46,894 bases of DNA, from contig CAYGAM010000003.1 of assembly GCA_964347915.1 (NCBI GenBank), positions 1-46,894 of the forward strand, read 5' to 3'. Shown in pieces: positions 27,729 through 36,026 of this stretch. The number at the start of each line of letters is the position of its first letter. Positions within the stretch are counted from its first letter, which is position 1. Below the pieces are notes generated by a model, which did not search any database, had not been told where the DNA came from, and saw nothing but the letters and a program-made list of their open reading frames with translations. A program made the translations under genes and the position numbers. Source of the DNA: an uncultured Nitrosopumilaceae archaeon (lineage in GTDB: Archaea > Thermoproteota > Nitrososphaeria > Nitrososphaerales > Nitrosopumilaceae).

Positions 27729-28010
27729 ATGTTTTGTAATCAAATCCGAAGATCCCCTGGCCTGTACAGCTTTTGGCTGCGCGGCAGATGTTTGTACGTC
27801 GGAATGAGCGACGATCTCCAGCGCCGCATACTTCAACATACGCACAATGAGACAAATCCCGAACTGGCAAAATATTTTGATGTGTATAAAAACGAAATAA
27901 AGATCTCATTGGCTTATCTCAGCTGCACAAAGGCCGAGCTGTTGAACAGAGAAAGATATGCCATTGATCAGTTGCGGCCAATTGCAAATAGGACGAGGCC
28001 GTGCACATGA
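27729..28010 (+). CDS. Stand-alone GIY-YIG nuclease domain protein
   Basis: GLYSFWL (GIY), CLYVGMSDDLQRRILQH (YIG plus the conserved R) and NRERYAIDQLRPIANR (catalytic E, N). The track ORF starts at 27627, but that would overlap the upstream gene by 62 nt. The ATG at 27729 leaves a normal 10-aa lead-in. Confidence 0.75.
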   Translation: MFCNQIRRSPGLYSFWLRGRCLYVGMSDDLQRRILQHTHNETNPELAKYFDVYKNEIKISLAYLSCTKAELLNRERYAIDQLRPIANRTRPCT

Positions 28011-29248
28011 CAAGCACATATCCTGCATTAAAGGCCAAGTTTGGTACGACTGAGTATTATCTCGCAGCTGTGCCTATAGGCGAGATAATCGGAAAAGTAA
28101 AGTTTCCGGTAGAAATGCCCGACTGGGAAAGTCAATCAGTAGAAGAGAGATACCAGAGAAATCTTGATGAGCGGCGCATCAAAAAAGAGATCGCCCCATA
28201 TTTTGCAGAGGATGATAAAAGATTTTCCGGATCACTGGTGCTGGCAATAATGAACGGCGAAAAGACAAAGTTTGAAGAGCTGACAAAGGTGTTTAAAGAG
28301 AAGGATCTTCCAGCTTTGTATCAAGAAAATATAGAGAATATGGGATTTTTGATCTTTTCCGGAAAAGAAATATTCGTGCCGCTTGACGGACAGCATCGCG
28401 TAAAGGCCTTCAATGTAGCAATAGAAGGACTCAAAGAAAATCAAATTAGCATAAATCCAAATCCGGATCTGGCAAAAGATATCATATCAGTAATATTCGT
28501 GTTCTTTGATGGGGACAAGGCGCGTTATATTTTCAATAAAATAAACAAGTATGCAAAACCCACCAAAAAAGCAGACAAGCTCATAACAGACGATGATGAT
28601 GCAGTAGCAGTAATTACCAGGCGATTAATCAGAGACAGCATCATTCCGGAACGGCTTGTAAACATAAAAACCAACACCCTTAGCAAAAAAGCAATCGAAT
28701 TTACAACACTGGCAACTTTCAATGATGCAAACTATGCATTACTGTCAGGATCAAAAATTCCCATAACAAGCAACCCACAGAAAATGGAGGCTAAAGAGAT
28801 AGACAGCCGCTTCAATGAACTTTGTGATGAATGGAGGATGCTTTTATCAGGCATTAATGAATGGAAGCAGGCAATAGAGATGCCAACAGCAAGAGGAGAT
28901 AGGGCAAGAATTGACATACGTGCCAACTCTCTGCTTGGAAGGCCGATAGGGCAGCTGTCTCTTGTAAAAGGATACTCGTTTGCATGCCAAAGAGATCGTA
29001 ATGCTGACCGCCAATCATTAGTTAGAAAAATGAATAGAATTGAATGGAATGCCAAGAATGAAATGTGGCGCGGCGTTTTGATACAGCAAAATGGGCGCAT
29101 AATGCACGGCAAAAGCTCGTCAAATAATGCGGCAAAATTCATAGCCCATCTGCTTGGAGCAAAACTAACGCAAGAGGAAGTTGAGGATTTATTGACATTC
29201 ATACACGGTACGGCAAGAGGGCATACATTGCCCAGGCCAGTATCATGA
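28001..29248 (+). CDS. DGQHR-domain (DndB-like, ParB-fold) protein
   Basis: Contains the literal VPLDGQHRVKAF motif and the upstream YQRNLDERRIKKEIAPY block typical of DndB/DGQHR proteins. The likely start is the ATG at 28007, which overlaps the GIY-YIG stop (ATGA at 28007-28010). Confidence 0.75.
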   Translation: MHMTSTYPALKAKFGTTEYYLAAVPIGEIIGKVKFPVEMPDWESQSVEERYQRNLDERRIKKEIAPYFAEDDKRFSGSLVLAIMNGEKTKFEELTKVFKEKDLPALYQENIENMGFLIFSGKEIFVPLDGQHRVKAFNVAIEGLKENQISINPNPDLAKDIISVIFVFFDGDKARYIFNKINKYAKPTKKADKLITDDDDAVAVITRRLIRDSIIPERLVNIKTNTLSKKAIEFTTLATFNDANYALLSGSKIPITSNPQKMEAKEIDSRFNELCDEWRMLLSGINEWKQAIEMPTARGDRARIDIRANSLLGRPIGQLSLVKGYSFACQRDRNADRQSLVRKMNRIEWNAKNEMWRGVLIQQNGRIMHGKSSSNNAAKFIAHLLGAKLTQEEVEDLLTFIHGTARGHTLPRPVS

Positions 29249-29436
29249 TGGTTAGGCATATGATGATTTTCTAAAACAAAGTTTGGCAAATATGATTCTG
29301 CTAATCAGCTTTTTGAGGATTGTGTTTTCTGAAGATGTTGCCACAGTAAACACGATCACGGCTGCGCAATGATTTATCGGACAGTTTTATGAAATTCGTC
29401 CTCAGCAAGAATCGGGCAGTCCGCCGCGTTTCTGCG

Positions 29437-29943
29437 CTAGCTTTGCCGCGCCATTCGCTTCAGCAGCCTGGGCGTCAGCAGCCAGTTCAGGCTTCCTTCC
29501 ACGCGGTCCGGTCTGGCGGCAAATACCGTAATCTTTGCCATGCCGGCCTTTTTTAGAGTGATGCCTCCTGCCTGGGAATCTCCCGATGTTATGTCCGCAA
29601 TCATCGAGGAGAGCAGCGGCTCGTGCCCCACAAGCAGAATTTTCGAGTCAGGCTTGAACGAGGACAGTTTCTCATACAGGGACGCGATTGCGCCTTCAGG
29701 CTTGAGCTCGTCCCATTCTGCCGGACTGCCGGCTTTGAGTTTTTTGGATACAATTTGGGCAGTCTGCATGGCGCGGTTCAGCGGGCTTGATGCAATGCAG
29801 TCAAAAGACATGCCAAGATCGCGCATTGTTCTTCCAATCTGCTCAACCTCCTCCCTGCCTGGTACTGTCAGGTTTCGCTTAAAGTCGCCTGCCGCCAGCC
29901 CGTGATCCTGGGCTTTGCCGTGCCGCAGAATGTACAGATCCAT
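29437..29943 (-). CDS. sixA: Phosphohistidine phosphatase SixA-type (histidine phosphatase superfamily)
   Basis: 168 aa. LYILRHGKA (RHG motif), SSPLNRAMQTA and LLVGHEPLLS. Confidence 0.8.
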   Translation of the reverse strand: MDLYILRHGKAQDHGLAAGDFKRNLTVPGREEVEQIGRTMRDLGMSFDCIASSPLNRAMQTAQIVSKKLKAGSPAEWDELKPEGAIASLYEKLSSFKPDSKILLVGHEPLLSSMIADITSGDSQAGGITLKKAGMAKITVFAARPDRVEGSLNWLLTPRLLKRMARQS

Positions 29944-30566
29944 TACTGCTCTTCACGCTGTCCCGTTACTATATAGTTTACCGCCCGGCTCATAAATACG
30001 GCATGGTCGCCGATTCTCTCAAGGTACCGCAGCAGCAGAGCTTCTGCAAGCGCGCACTTTGTATCAGGATGCCTTATCAGCATGTTGATCCGCTCTCTGT
30101 ACAGCTTGTCGACATAATCCTCATTCTTTTGAACCAGCGCCGCCTTTTTCACATCAAGTACCGCAAACGAGTCCACCGCATTTCTTATCATCTGCAGAAT
30201 CTCAGACGCCACGCCGCAGAGCCACTCGGTTCTGCAGTTTGAAATGTCGCCAAACTTGTCCCGGACCAGCGAAATGTCGTACGCGTACCTGCCAAACCGA
30301 TAGTACGCCTGCGATATTTCAATTGATGAGCGTATGAGCCTAAAGTCTGACGCGACTGGCTGATACTTGAAGAGCGTCTCAAACGTGAGATCGCCCACCT
30401 TGTTGTACATGGAGGTAATGTCGTCTGACAGTTTTTTGACTCTGCCGCTGGTATTCCCGCCGTCAAGAAACGACGATACTGCCAGCTGCACGCTCTGCGT
30501 TGCCGAATCTCCCATAGCCGCCAGAAGCTCTGACATTTTTGCCAGGCTGGGGTCCATCAGTCTCAT
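29943..30566 (-). CDS. phoU: Phosphate transport system regulator PhoU
   Basis: Two PhoU repeats ending in ...LERIGDHAVFMSRAVNYIV. The track ORF extends to 30725 and would overlap pstB by 124 nt. The ATG at 30566 (MRLMDPSLAKM...) gives a normal 207-aa protein. Confidence 0.85.
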   Translation of the reverse strand: MRLMDPSLAKMSELLAAMGDSATQSVQLAVSSFLDGGNTSGRVKKLSDDITSMYNKVGDLTFETLFKYQPVASDFRLIRSSIEISQAYYRFGRYAYDISLVRDKFGDISNCRTEWLCGVASEILQMIRNAVDSFAVLDVKKAALVQKNEDYVDKLYRERINMLIRHPDTKCALAEALLLRYLERIGDHAVFMSRAVNYIVTGQREEQ

Positions 30567-30601
30567 GTACCAATAATTTCCGCCGCAGCGTATAAAGGAT
30601 T

Positions 30602-31414
30602 TTAGCCGAACTGCCCTTCCACATACTTGGCCGTAAGCTCGTCCTGCGGATTGTGAAATATTTGATCCGTGTGCCCGTATTCCACCATGTCGCCCAGGTA
30701 CATAAACGCAGTATAATCCGAGCACCGTATGGCCTGCTGCATGTTGTGCGTTACTATAATGATGCAGTATTCCTTGGAGAGTTCGGTTATCGTCTCTTCA
30801 ATCTTTTGCGTTGCAATAGGGTCAAGCGCGGACGCAGGCTCGTCCATCAACAAAACCTCCGGCTGTATTGCAAGAGCCCGCGCAATGCACAGGCGCTGCT
30901 GCTGTCCGCCGGAGAGCTCAATTGCCGGCTTTTTCAGGTCTCCCCGCACCTCGTCCCAAAGGTACGACATCTTGAGGCAGTCTTCCACAATCTCGTCCAG
31001 AACTGTTCGGTCCCGGACGCCGTTGAGCCTCACTCCCGACACCACATTGTCGTATATCGACATTGTCGGAAACGGATTCGGCTTTTGAAACACCATGCCG
31101 ACCTTTCTTCTGTGGTATATCGGATCTATGCTCTTGTCGTACAGGTCGGTGCTGTCTATCATGACCCTGCCCTCAACCCTGGCTCCGGGCGTCATATCGT
31201 GCATCCGATTCAGGCACCGCAGAAAGGTAGTCTTGCCGCAGCCTGACGGGCCTATCAGCGCGGTAACAGAATTTTCCGGAAACTTGAGGCTGACATTCTT
31301 TACTGCCAGATAATCATTATAGTATATGCTTACGTTTTCTGCAATCATCTTGTAGCGCAGGTGTTTTTTAGCAGAAGGAACGGGTTTTTCTCTCTGCAGC
31401 GATAGCGCGGTCAT
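30602..31414 (-). CDS. pstB: Phosphate ABC transporter ATP-binding protein
   Basis: Walker [10 protein letters not shown], signature [14 protein letters not shown], Walker [12 protein letters not shown], and the PstB-typical C-terminus. The start overlaps the pstA stop. Confidence 0.95.
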   Translation of the reverse strand: MTALSLQREKPVPSAKKHLRYKMIAENVSIYYNDYLAVKNVSLKFPENSVTALIGPSGCGKTTFLRCLNRMHDMTPGARVEGRVMIDSTDLYDKSIDPIYHRRKVGMVFQKPNPFPTMSIYDNVVSGVRLNGVRDRTVLDEIVEDCLKMSYLWDEVRGDLKKPAIELSGGQQQRLCIARALAIQPEVLLMDEPASALDPIATQKIEETITELSKEYCIIIVTHNMQQAIRCSDYTAFMYLGDMVEYGHTDQIFHNPQDELTAKYVEGQFG

Positions 31415-32334
31415 TGGTTTCTTACCCCAAGAGTTTTTGAGCGGCGATTAAAACCTTTGCCCCTGCCCTGGAACCAGTACCGCACTCCCACATGAATCAT
31501 CAAAATTATGACTACTAGAATCAGCGCCGCTCCCCAGCCGGCAATTCTTGCCTCCTCGTACGGCAGCAGCGAAAAGCGCCATATCCGCAAAGGCAGCGCG
31601 TCCATCGGCGTGTCAAAGCCCCCAAAAAATTGGCTGCTTCCAAGAATGGTCATGATGAGTGGCGCAGTCTCTCCGCCGATGCGGGATATTGACAGCAGTA
31701 TTCCCGTCAGCAGCCCGCGCTTTGCCGTCGCCAGAACGATTCTGATAGTAATCGTTGCCTTTTTGAGCCCGAGGGCAGTTCCCGCCTCGCGGTACGTCCA
31801 CGGCACCATCTTGAGCTGCTCTTCAGTTGCGCGCGCCACTATTGGAAACATGATAAGCGACAGCGCAAACGCGCCGGCCCAGATTGAAAAATGCCCCAGC
31901 AAAAGGACGATTGCCAGAAATGCAAAGAGTCCCAGGACGATGGACGGCACTTCCATGAACACGTCCAGAAAGAACCGTATCTGCTTGGCCATTATGCCGC
32001 CGCCGACTTCTGCCAGGTATATGCCCGCAAGTATTCCCACCGGTATTCCCACAAGAGACGAGAGTCCGATTATAATCAGCGTGCCCTGTATTGCAGGCCC
32101 TACCGATATGGTGCCGGCTCCTATGGCTCCAGGCTCTTCTGTAAGAAACTCCCAGCTTAGTGCGGGAGCCCCGCCCACTACAAGCTGTCCCAAAATCCAC
32201 AGCAGCGGAATAATTGCAAGGGCGGCGCTGGCAGTTATTGCGCCCACCATGATTCGGTCCTTGAGCAGGCGTCTTCGCACATTTGACTTGAACATTGCCC
32301 GAATTTCTGCGCGCCTCTCGCTCTTTTCAGTCAA
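31411..32334 (-). CDS. pstA: Phosphate ABC transporter permease PstA
   Basis: 307-aa polytopic protein with the EAA-like loop ([11 protein letters not shown]). It is the second permease, between pstC and pstB. Confidence 0.85.
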   Translation of the reverse strand: MTEKSERRAEIRAMFKSNVRRRLLKDRIMVGAITASAALAIIPLLWILGQLVVGGAPALSWEFLTEEPGAIGAGTISVGPAIQGTLIIIGLSSLVGIPVGILAGIYLAEVGGGIMAKQIRFFLDVFMEVPSIVLGLFAFLAIVLLLGHFSIWAGAFALSLIMFPIVARATEEQLKMVPWTYREAGTALGLKKATITIRIVLATAKRGLLTGILLSISRIGGETAPLIMTILGSSQFFGGFDTPMDALPLRIWRFSLLPYEEARIAGWGAALILVVIILMIHVGVRYWFQGRGKGFNRRSKTLGVRNQ

Positions 32335-33317
32335 TTCTTGATTGCGCCCTCCCTGACCCGCAGCATGCGCGTTACGATATAGTGAGCCAGCACGTTAACA
32401 GACATTGCCACCAAGAGCAGCACCAGCCCCACTGCAATAAGGGCAGGAAGGTGCAGTGAGACCGGCGACGCCTCAATAAACTCGTTTGCTATTATGCTGG
32501 ACATTGTCTGGCTTGGATGAAACAGCGACTGCGGCATTGCATTGACGCCGACCGCATTTCCGATGAGCATTGTTACCGCCATGGTCTCTCCTATGGCCCG
32601 TCCCAGTCCCAGAATAGCAGCTCCGATGAGCCCCGCCTTGGAGTACGGAAATACCGCCATTCTGAACATCTCCCAGGTGGTCGAACCGAGCATGTAGGCC
32701 GCCTCCTTTTGCTGGTGCGGGACTGCCAGCATCACCTCTCGAGATACGGCGGATATTGTAGGTATGATCATGATTGCAAGTATTATGCTGGCCGACAGAA
32801 TGTCCAGTCCGAACGGCGTTCCGGAGAACAGAAATATCGAGTCGCCGAATGCATCGTGCAGCGGACGCTCTATCCAGTCCCGAAAGTATATCCGGAATAT
32901 GAAGAGTCCCCACAGGCCGTACACTACGCTGGGAACGGCTTCTAAGAGTTCGATCATGTATCCCATGGGATCGCCTATTTTTTTGGGCACGATTATGACA
33001 AACATTGCAATTCCGATGCTCAATGGAAGCGCGATTATCATCGCAATTGCCGACGAGATCAGCGTTCCCAGAATGTACGGCAGCGCGCCAAACGATTCCC
33101 TGCCCTCTGCAGCGTTCCAGTCTGTTCCTGCGATGAATCCCAGTCCTTCCTCATCCCATATCGGACCAGACTCTGCGCCCAGCTGCATGACCATTATGGC
33201 AATAATTGCAAGAACATAGACTCCTGCAATGGTGGTTCCAACCTTGAATATCCGGTCAGCCAGCGGAGTGCGTCCTTGCTTTTTTATTCGGCCGCGAAGC
33301 CTCCAGTTGTTCAACAA
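32331..33317 (-). CDS. pstC: Phosphate ABC transporter permease PstC
   Basis: 328-aa polytopic protein with the EAA loop KEAAYMLGSTTWEMF. It is the first permease of the operon. Confidence 0.85.
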   Translation of the reverse strand: MLNNWRLRGRIKKQGRTPLADRIFKVGTTIAGVYVLAIIAIMVMQLGAESGPIWDEEGLGFIAGTDWNAAEGRESFGALPYILGTLISSAIAMIIALPLSIGIAMFVIIVPKKIGDPMGYMIELLEAVPSVVYGLWGLFIFRIYFRDWIERPLHDAFGDSIFLFSGTPFGLDILSASIILAIMIIPTISAVSREVMLAVPHQQKEAAYMLGSTTWEMFRMAVFPYSKAGLIGAAILGLGRAIGETMAVTMLIGNAVGVNAMPQSLFHPSQTMSSIIANEFIEASPVSLHLPALIAVGLVLLLVAMSVNVLAHYIVTRMLRVREGAIKN

Positions 33318-33355
33318 GAATGATGGATTTTGCTTAATCTATGTAATGATTGACC

Positions 33356-33398
33356 ATAGATTACGATTGTCGTATAATTCGCTTATTGCTATATAGAG
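33356..33398. promoter_or_regulatory. Bipartite motif ATAGATTACG-N23-CTATATAGAG in the pstC / AbrB-PhoU divergent intergenic region
   Basis: The same two 10-mers recur upstream of pstS (39659-39701), in the same order, orientation and 33-bp start-to-start spacing. CTATATAG is palindromic and TATA-like. Confidence 0.5.
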
Positions 33399-33440
33399 TA
33401 TATTGTATCAGGTAATAATACAGAGATTCCGCAATCATTC

Positions 33441-34478
33441 ATGGTACAGGGAACCAAGCAGATGCGAAAGCTGCAATTGAGCGGAGGATCGACCTTTGTA
33501 ATATCGCTGCCCAAGGTATGGGTGGAAGACATGAGCCTAAAGGCCGGCGACGGCGTCATGATCACAAAAAACTCAAACAAGTCCCTGACATTCGTGCCCG
33601 ATGAATCTTCAAGCAAGAAAGATTCCAGTTTTGCAGTGACAGAGATCAGCGCAAAGAGCACGGACGAGTCTGTCAGGCGAAAGATAATTGCAATATATCT
33701 TGCAGGGTACAAGTTGATCAGAATAGTCTCAAAGGGCGTAAAGCTGCGTCCGAGCCAGACGGGCGTCATAAGAAATCTTATTCGCTCAACCATGATTGGA
33801 ACCGAAATTGTCGAATCGGATTCTGAATCGATGGTCATACAGATACTTACCAGGCTGCCGGAGCTCTCATTTGATACTGCGCTAAAGCGAATGCACCTTA
33901 TGACAATTAGCATGCACCGCGAAGCAGTTGAGGCGCTGACTGCCTGCAACAGCATTTACGCTCAGGAGATAATAAGCATGGACGATGAGATTGACAGGTT
34001 TGCTCTTTACATGCAGCGAAACCTTACAATGGCAGTCCAGAATGCCGGCATACTCCAGGAGATGGGCCTCAAAAAGCCTGCCGACTGCCTGGGATACCGC
34101 ACCGTAATAGCAAGAATTGAGAGAATTGCGGATCACGCTGCCCTGATTGCAAAGCGCACAAGGCATCTCAAAGGCCCGATAGACGCGGACATGATGAGCG
34201 ATATCAGAGCCCTGAGTGAGAGTTCGCTAAGGCTGTTTGAGCGCGCCATCGAATCCCTCATTGAGTGCGACTATCACATGGCGGAAAAAGTTGCAGACGA
34301 GGTTCCTGCACTAGTGCAAAGGCAGGAGGACATGATGTTTGGGCTGCGGGAGAATGCAAAAAACGCTTCAATAATAAAATTCGTGCTGGAAGATATCAGG
34401 AGAACGGCAGAATATTCAAGCGACATAGCCGAGGTCGTAATGGACAAGAACATTCAAAGCGTAATATCCGAAGAATAG
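33441..34478 (+). CDS. Archaeal phosphate-uptake regulator: N-terminal AbrB/SpoVT domain fused to PhoU repeats
   Basis: 345 aa. KLQLSGGSTFVISLPKVWVEDMSLKAGDGVMI is AbrB-like. The C-terminal PhoU repeats include RIERIADHAALIAK and IRRTAEYSSDIAEVV. Confidence 0.8.
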   Translation: MVQGTKQMRKLQLSGGSTFVISLPKVWVEDMSLKAGDGVMITKNSNKSLTFVPDESSSKKDSSFAVTEISAKSTDESVRRKIIAIYLAGYKLIRIVSKGVKLRPSQTGVIRNLIRSTMIGTEIVESDSESMVIQILTRLPELSFDTALKRMHLMTISMHREAVEALTACNSIYAQEIISMDDEIDRFALYMQRNLTMAVQNAGILQEMGLKKPADCLGYRTVIARIERIADHAALIAKRTRHLKGPIDADMMSDIRALSESSLRLFERAIESLIECDYHMAEKVADEVPALVQRQEDMMFGLRENAKNASIIKFVLEDIRRTAEYSSDIAEVVMDKNIQSVISEE

Positions 34479-34587
34479 GCAAAAACTTTTGCACGCCGGA
34501 TTGGCAGGCATTGCGCATCCGGCGAACTGTACCGTGCAGGAGCATGCCCGAATTGCAAGCTTTGGAAGATTCGTTTTGCAGGAGTGT

Positions 34588-34620
34588 AAAAAAAAAGCCG
34601 TACGGCCGGCGGCCGTACTG
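34588..34620 (-). terminator. Hairpin plus T9 terminator downstream of the ArdC-like gene
   Basis: The minus strand forms a GTACGGCC-GCC-GGCCGTAC hairpin (8-bp stem, 3-nt loop) starting about 10 nt after the stop at 34629. It is followed within a few nt by TTTTTTTTT (plus-strand A9 at 34588-34596). Confidence 0.6.
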
Positions 34621-34628
34621 TGTTGCGG

Positions 34629-35675
34629 TCAGCCCAGGATCATGCGCAGAACGGCTTCGGTCTTTCCCAGGACGCGGTAGCACATTCTGCCGACGCGCTC
34701 GGGGCTGCCGTCTCCGGCATAGTGAGCAATGTACCGGTGCGTGTACTGATCTGCATTGTACCCGTACAGCCTTCCCAGAACGCAGGCAGAGAGCTGGGCA
34801 ATTGCCTCCTGTTCCGGATCCTGCCCAGGCTTGAGCTTTTCAATGCGATCGTGAGCCTTGTGGGAGAGTTCGTGAAAGAATGTTGTCGGATCGTCGGTGC
34901 AAAGCCGGATCTCATTATCCTCGCTGCTGAATGATCCGTACTCGCCGCAGGATGTTCCGTCGTATCTGACTTTTACGCCCCACTTTTTTGCCACATCAGC
35001 AAGCGGCGGGAGGGACTTGGGCTCGTTCTTGACGGTTTTGAGAGTTTTGCCTTCGGTGTCCTCATACCGGAATACCGGTATGCACCGAAATCCCGTCAGA
35101 ATTGTTCTTGTTTCGGGTTCGGGTTTTTCCAGTTCGGTTTCTTCCGGAACATTCTTGGATTCGTCCTCTTTTGATTTGTCGGACTTTGCAGATTCCGGAT
35201 CCTGAGACTCGTCTCTGCCGGATTTGTCCTTGCCGGATTTCATCCTGCCTGAATCTTGGGATTTGTTTTTGCCGGGCTTGGAGTTTTTTGAATCGTCTGC
35301 TGCAGGCTTGCCTTTGGTTTTTTCAGGCTCAGGTTCTTTTTGGCTGCTATTTTCCGGACAGTCTTCAGCGTCTTCCTTTCTTATTACGGCCAGGCACGGA
35401 CCCAGAATGTAGATTGCACGCGCGCCCTTTTTGACATGGCGTCCTACTGACTGCCACTGCCTAAAGCCCCTTGCATCGGTCGTATTGGAGAACATCATCA
35501 GTATTTTATTGCCCATGCTCCACAAGTCGCTCGGCTTGCCTTCTGATTCAAGGTATGCCTTTGCCACGGCTGCCGGCAGCTTTTCATGGGAGAATATTTC
35601 AGCGACTTCTCGGAGTTGTTCTATTGCTTTTTTTGTACTCTTCATGCCTCCACCCATGAAATGACATGGCTGCAT
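34629..35675 (-). CDS. ArdC-like protein: N-terminal ssDNA-binding (DUF1738-like) domain, long low-complexity insert, C-terminal HExxH metallopeptidase-like domain
   Basis: DLWSMGNKILMMFSNTTDARGFRQWQSVGRHVKKGARAIYIL resembles the ArdC N-domain. FFHELSHKAH is an HExxH motif. Roughly residues 100-225 are K/D/E/S/P-rich. The likely start is the ATG at 35645 (MKSTKKAIEQL). Confidence 0.6.
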   Translation of the reverse strand: MQPCHFMGGGMKSTKKAIEQLREVAEIFSHEKLPAAVAKAYLESEGKPSDLWSMGNKILMMFSNTTDARGFRQWQSVGRHVKKGARAIYILGPCLAVIRKEDAEDCPENSSQKEPEPEKTKGKPAADDSKNSKPGKNKSQDSGRMKSGKDKSGRDESQDPESAKSDKSKEDESKNVPEETELEKPEPETRTILTGFRCIPVFRYEDTEGKTLKTVKNEPKSLPPLADVAKKWGVKVRYDGTSCGEYGSFSSEDNEIRLCTDDPTTFFHELSHKAHDRIEKLKPGQDPEQEAIAQLSACVLGRLYGYNADQYTHRYIAHYAGDGSPERVGRMCYRVLGKTEAVLRMILG

Positions 35676-35770
35676 GAGGCTCTGCCAGCGGCGGAAAACT
35701 GTATTTCAGTATAACTGCCGCTAGACCTTGTATGATTTCTGTTTGTCATTGAATATATTACGTCACCATA

Positions 35771-36025
35771 CTATATATTACTTTCCTGCGACTGTTCTGT
35801 AACAAATTCTGGTGACGCTGAAGACGCTTGCGCAGATGAGATTTTGTAAGCAATTCTGGTCATGGAATTTGACGCCTGCGGAGCAGGTCCATAATGAAAC
35901 AGGTCTTGGAAAAACCCAGCATTAGATGGCATCAGTTGATGCGGGATTCTGTCACCCAAATTTGTTATAGAACCATAAAAGTAAATTTTGATTTCGGCGG
36001 GCGGAATTATTTCAGCCTTGCACAT
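35771..36025 (-). CDS. Hypothetical small protein
   Basis: 84 aa. Its ATG lies 1 nt after the stop of the upstream ORF (36027), suggesting coupling. No motif recognised. Confidence 0.35.
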   Translation of the reverse strand: MCKAEIIPPAEIKIYFYGSITNLGDRIPHQLMPSNAGFFQDLFHYGPAPQASNSMTRIAYKISSAQASSASPEFVTEQSQESNI

Positions 36026-36026
36026 T

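Noticed and set aside
30567-30725. N-terminal 53 codons of the 260-aa PhoU ORF in the track
   Set aside because: This extension would overlap pstB by 124 nt and is Gly/Arg/Cys-rich. The internal ATG at 30566 yields a normal-length PhoU.
31508-32341. 277-aa plus-strand ORF antisense to pstA
   Set aside because: It is a shadow frame of a verified permease gene, with Ser/Pro/Ala/Arg-rich composition.
33389-33955. 188-aa minus-strand ORF overlapping the AbrB-PhoU regulator gene and its promoter region
   Set aside because: The plus-strand gene has clear AbrB and PhoU motifs. The minus frame has none.
34265-34834. 189-aa Arg-rich plus-strand ORF bridging the regulator 3' end and the ArdC-like gene
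   Set aside because: It overlaps two better-supported genes and crosses a terminator hairpin. Its composition is non-protein-like.
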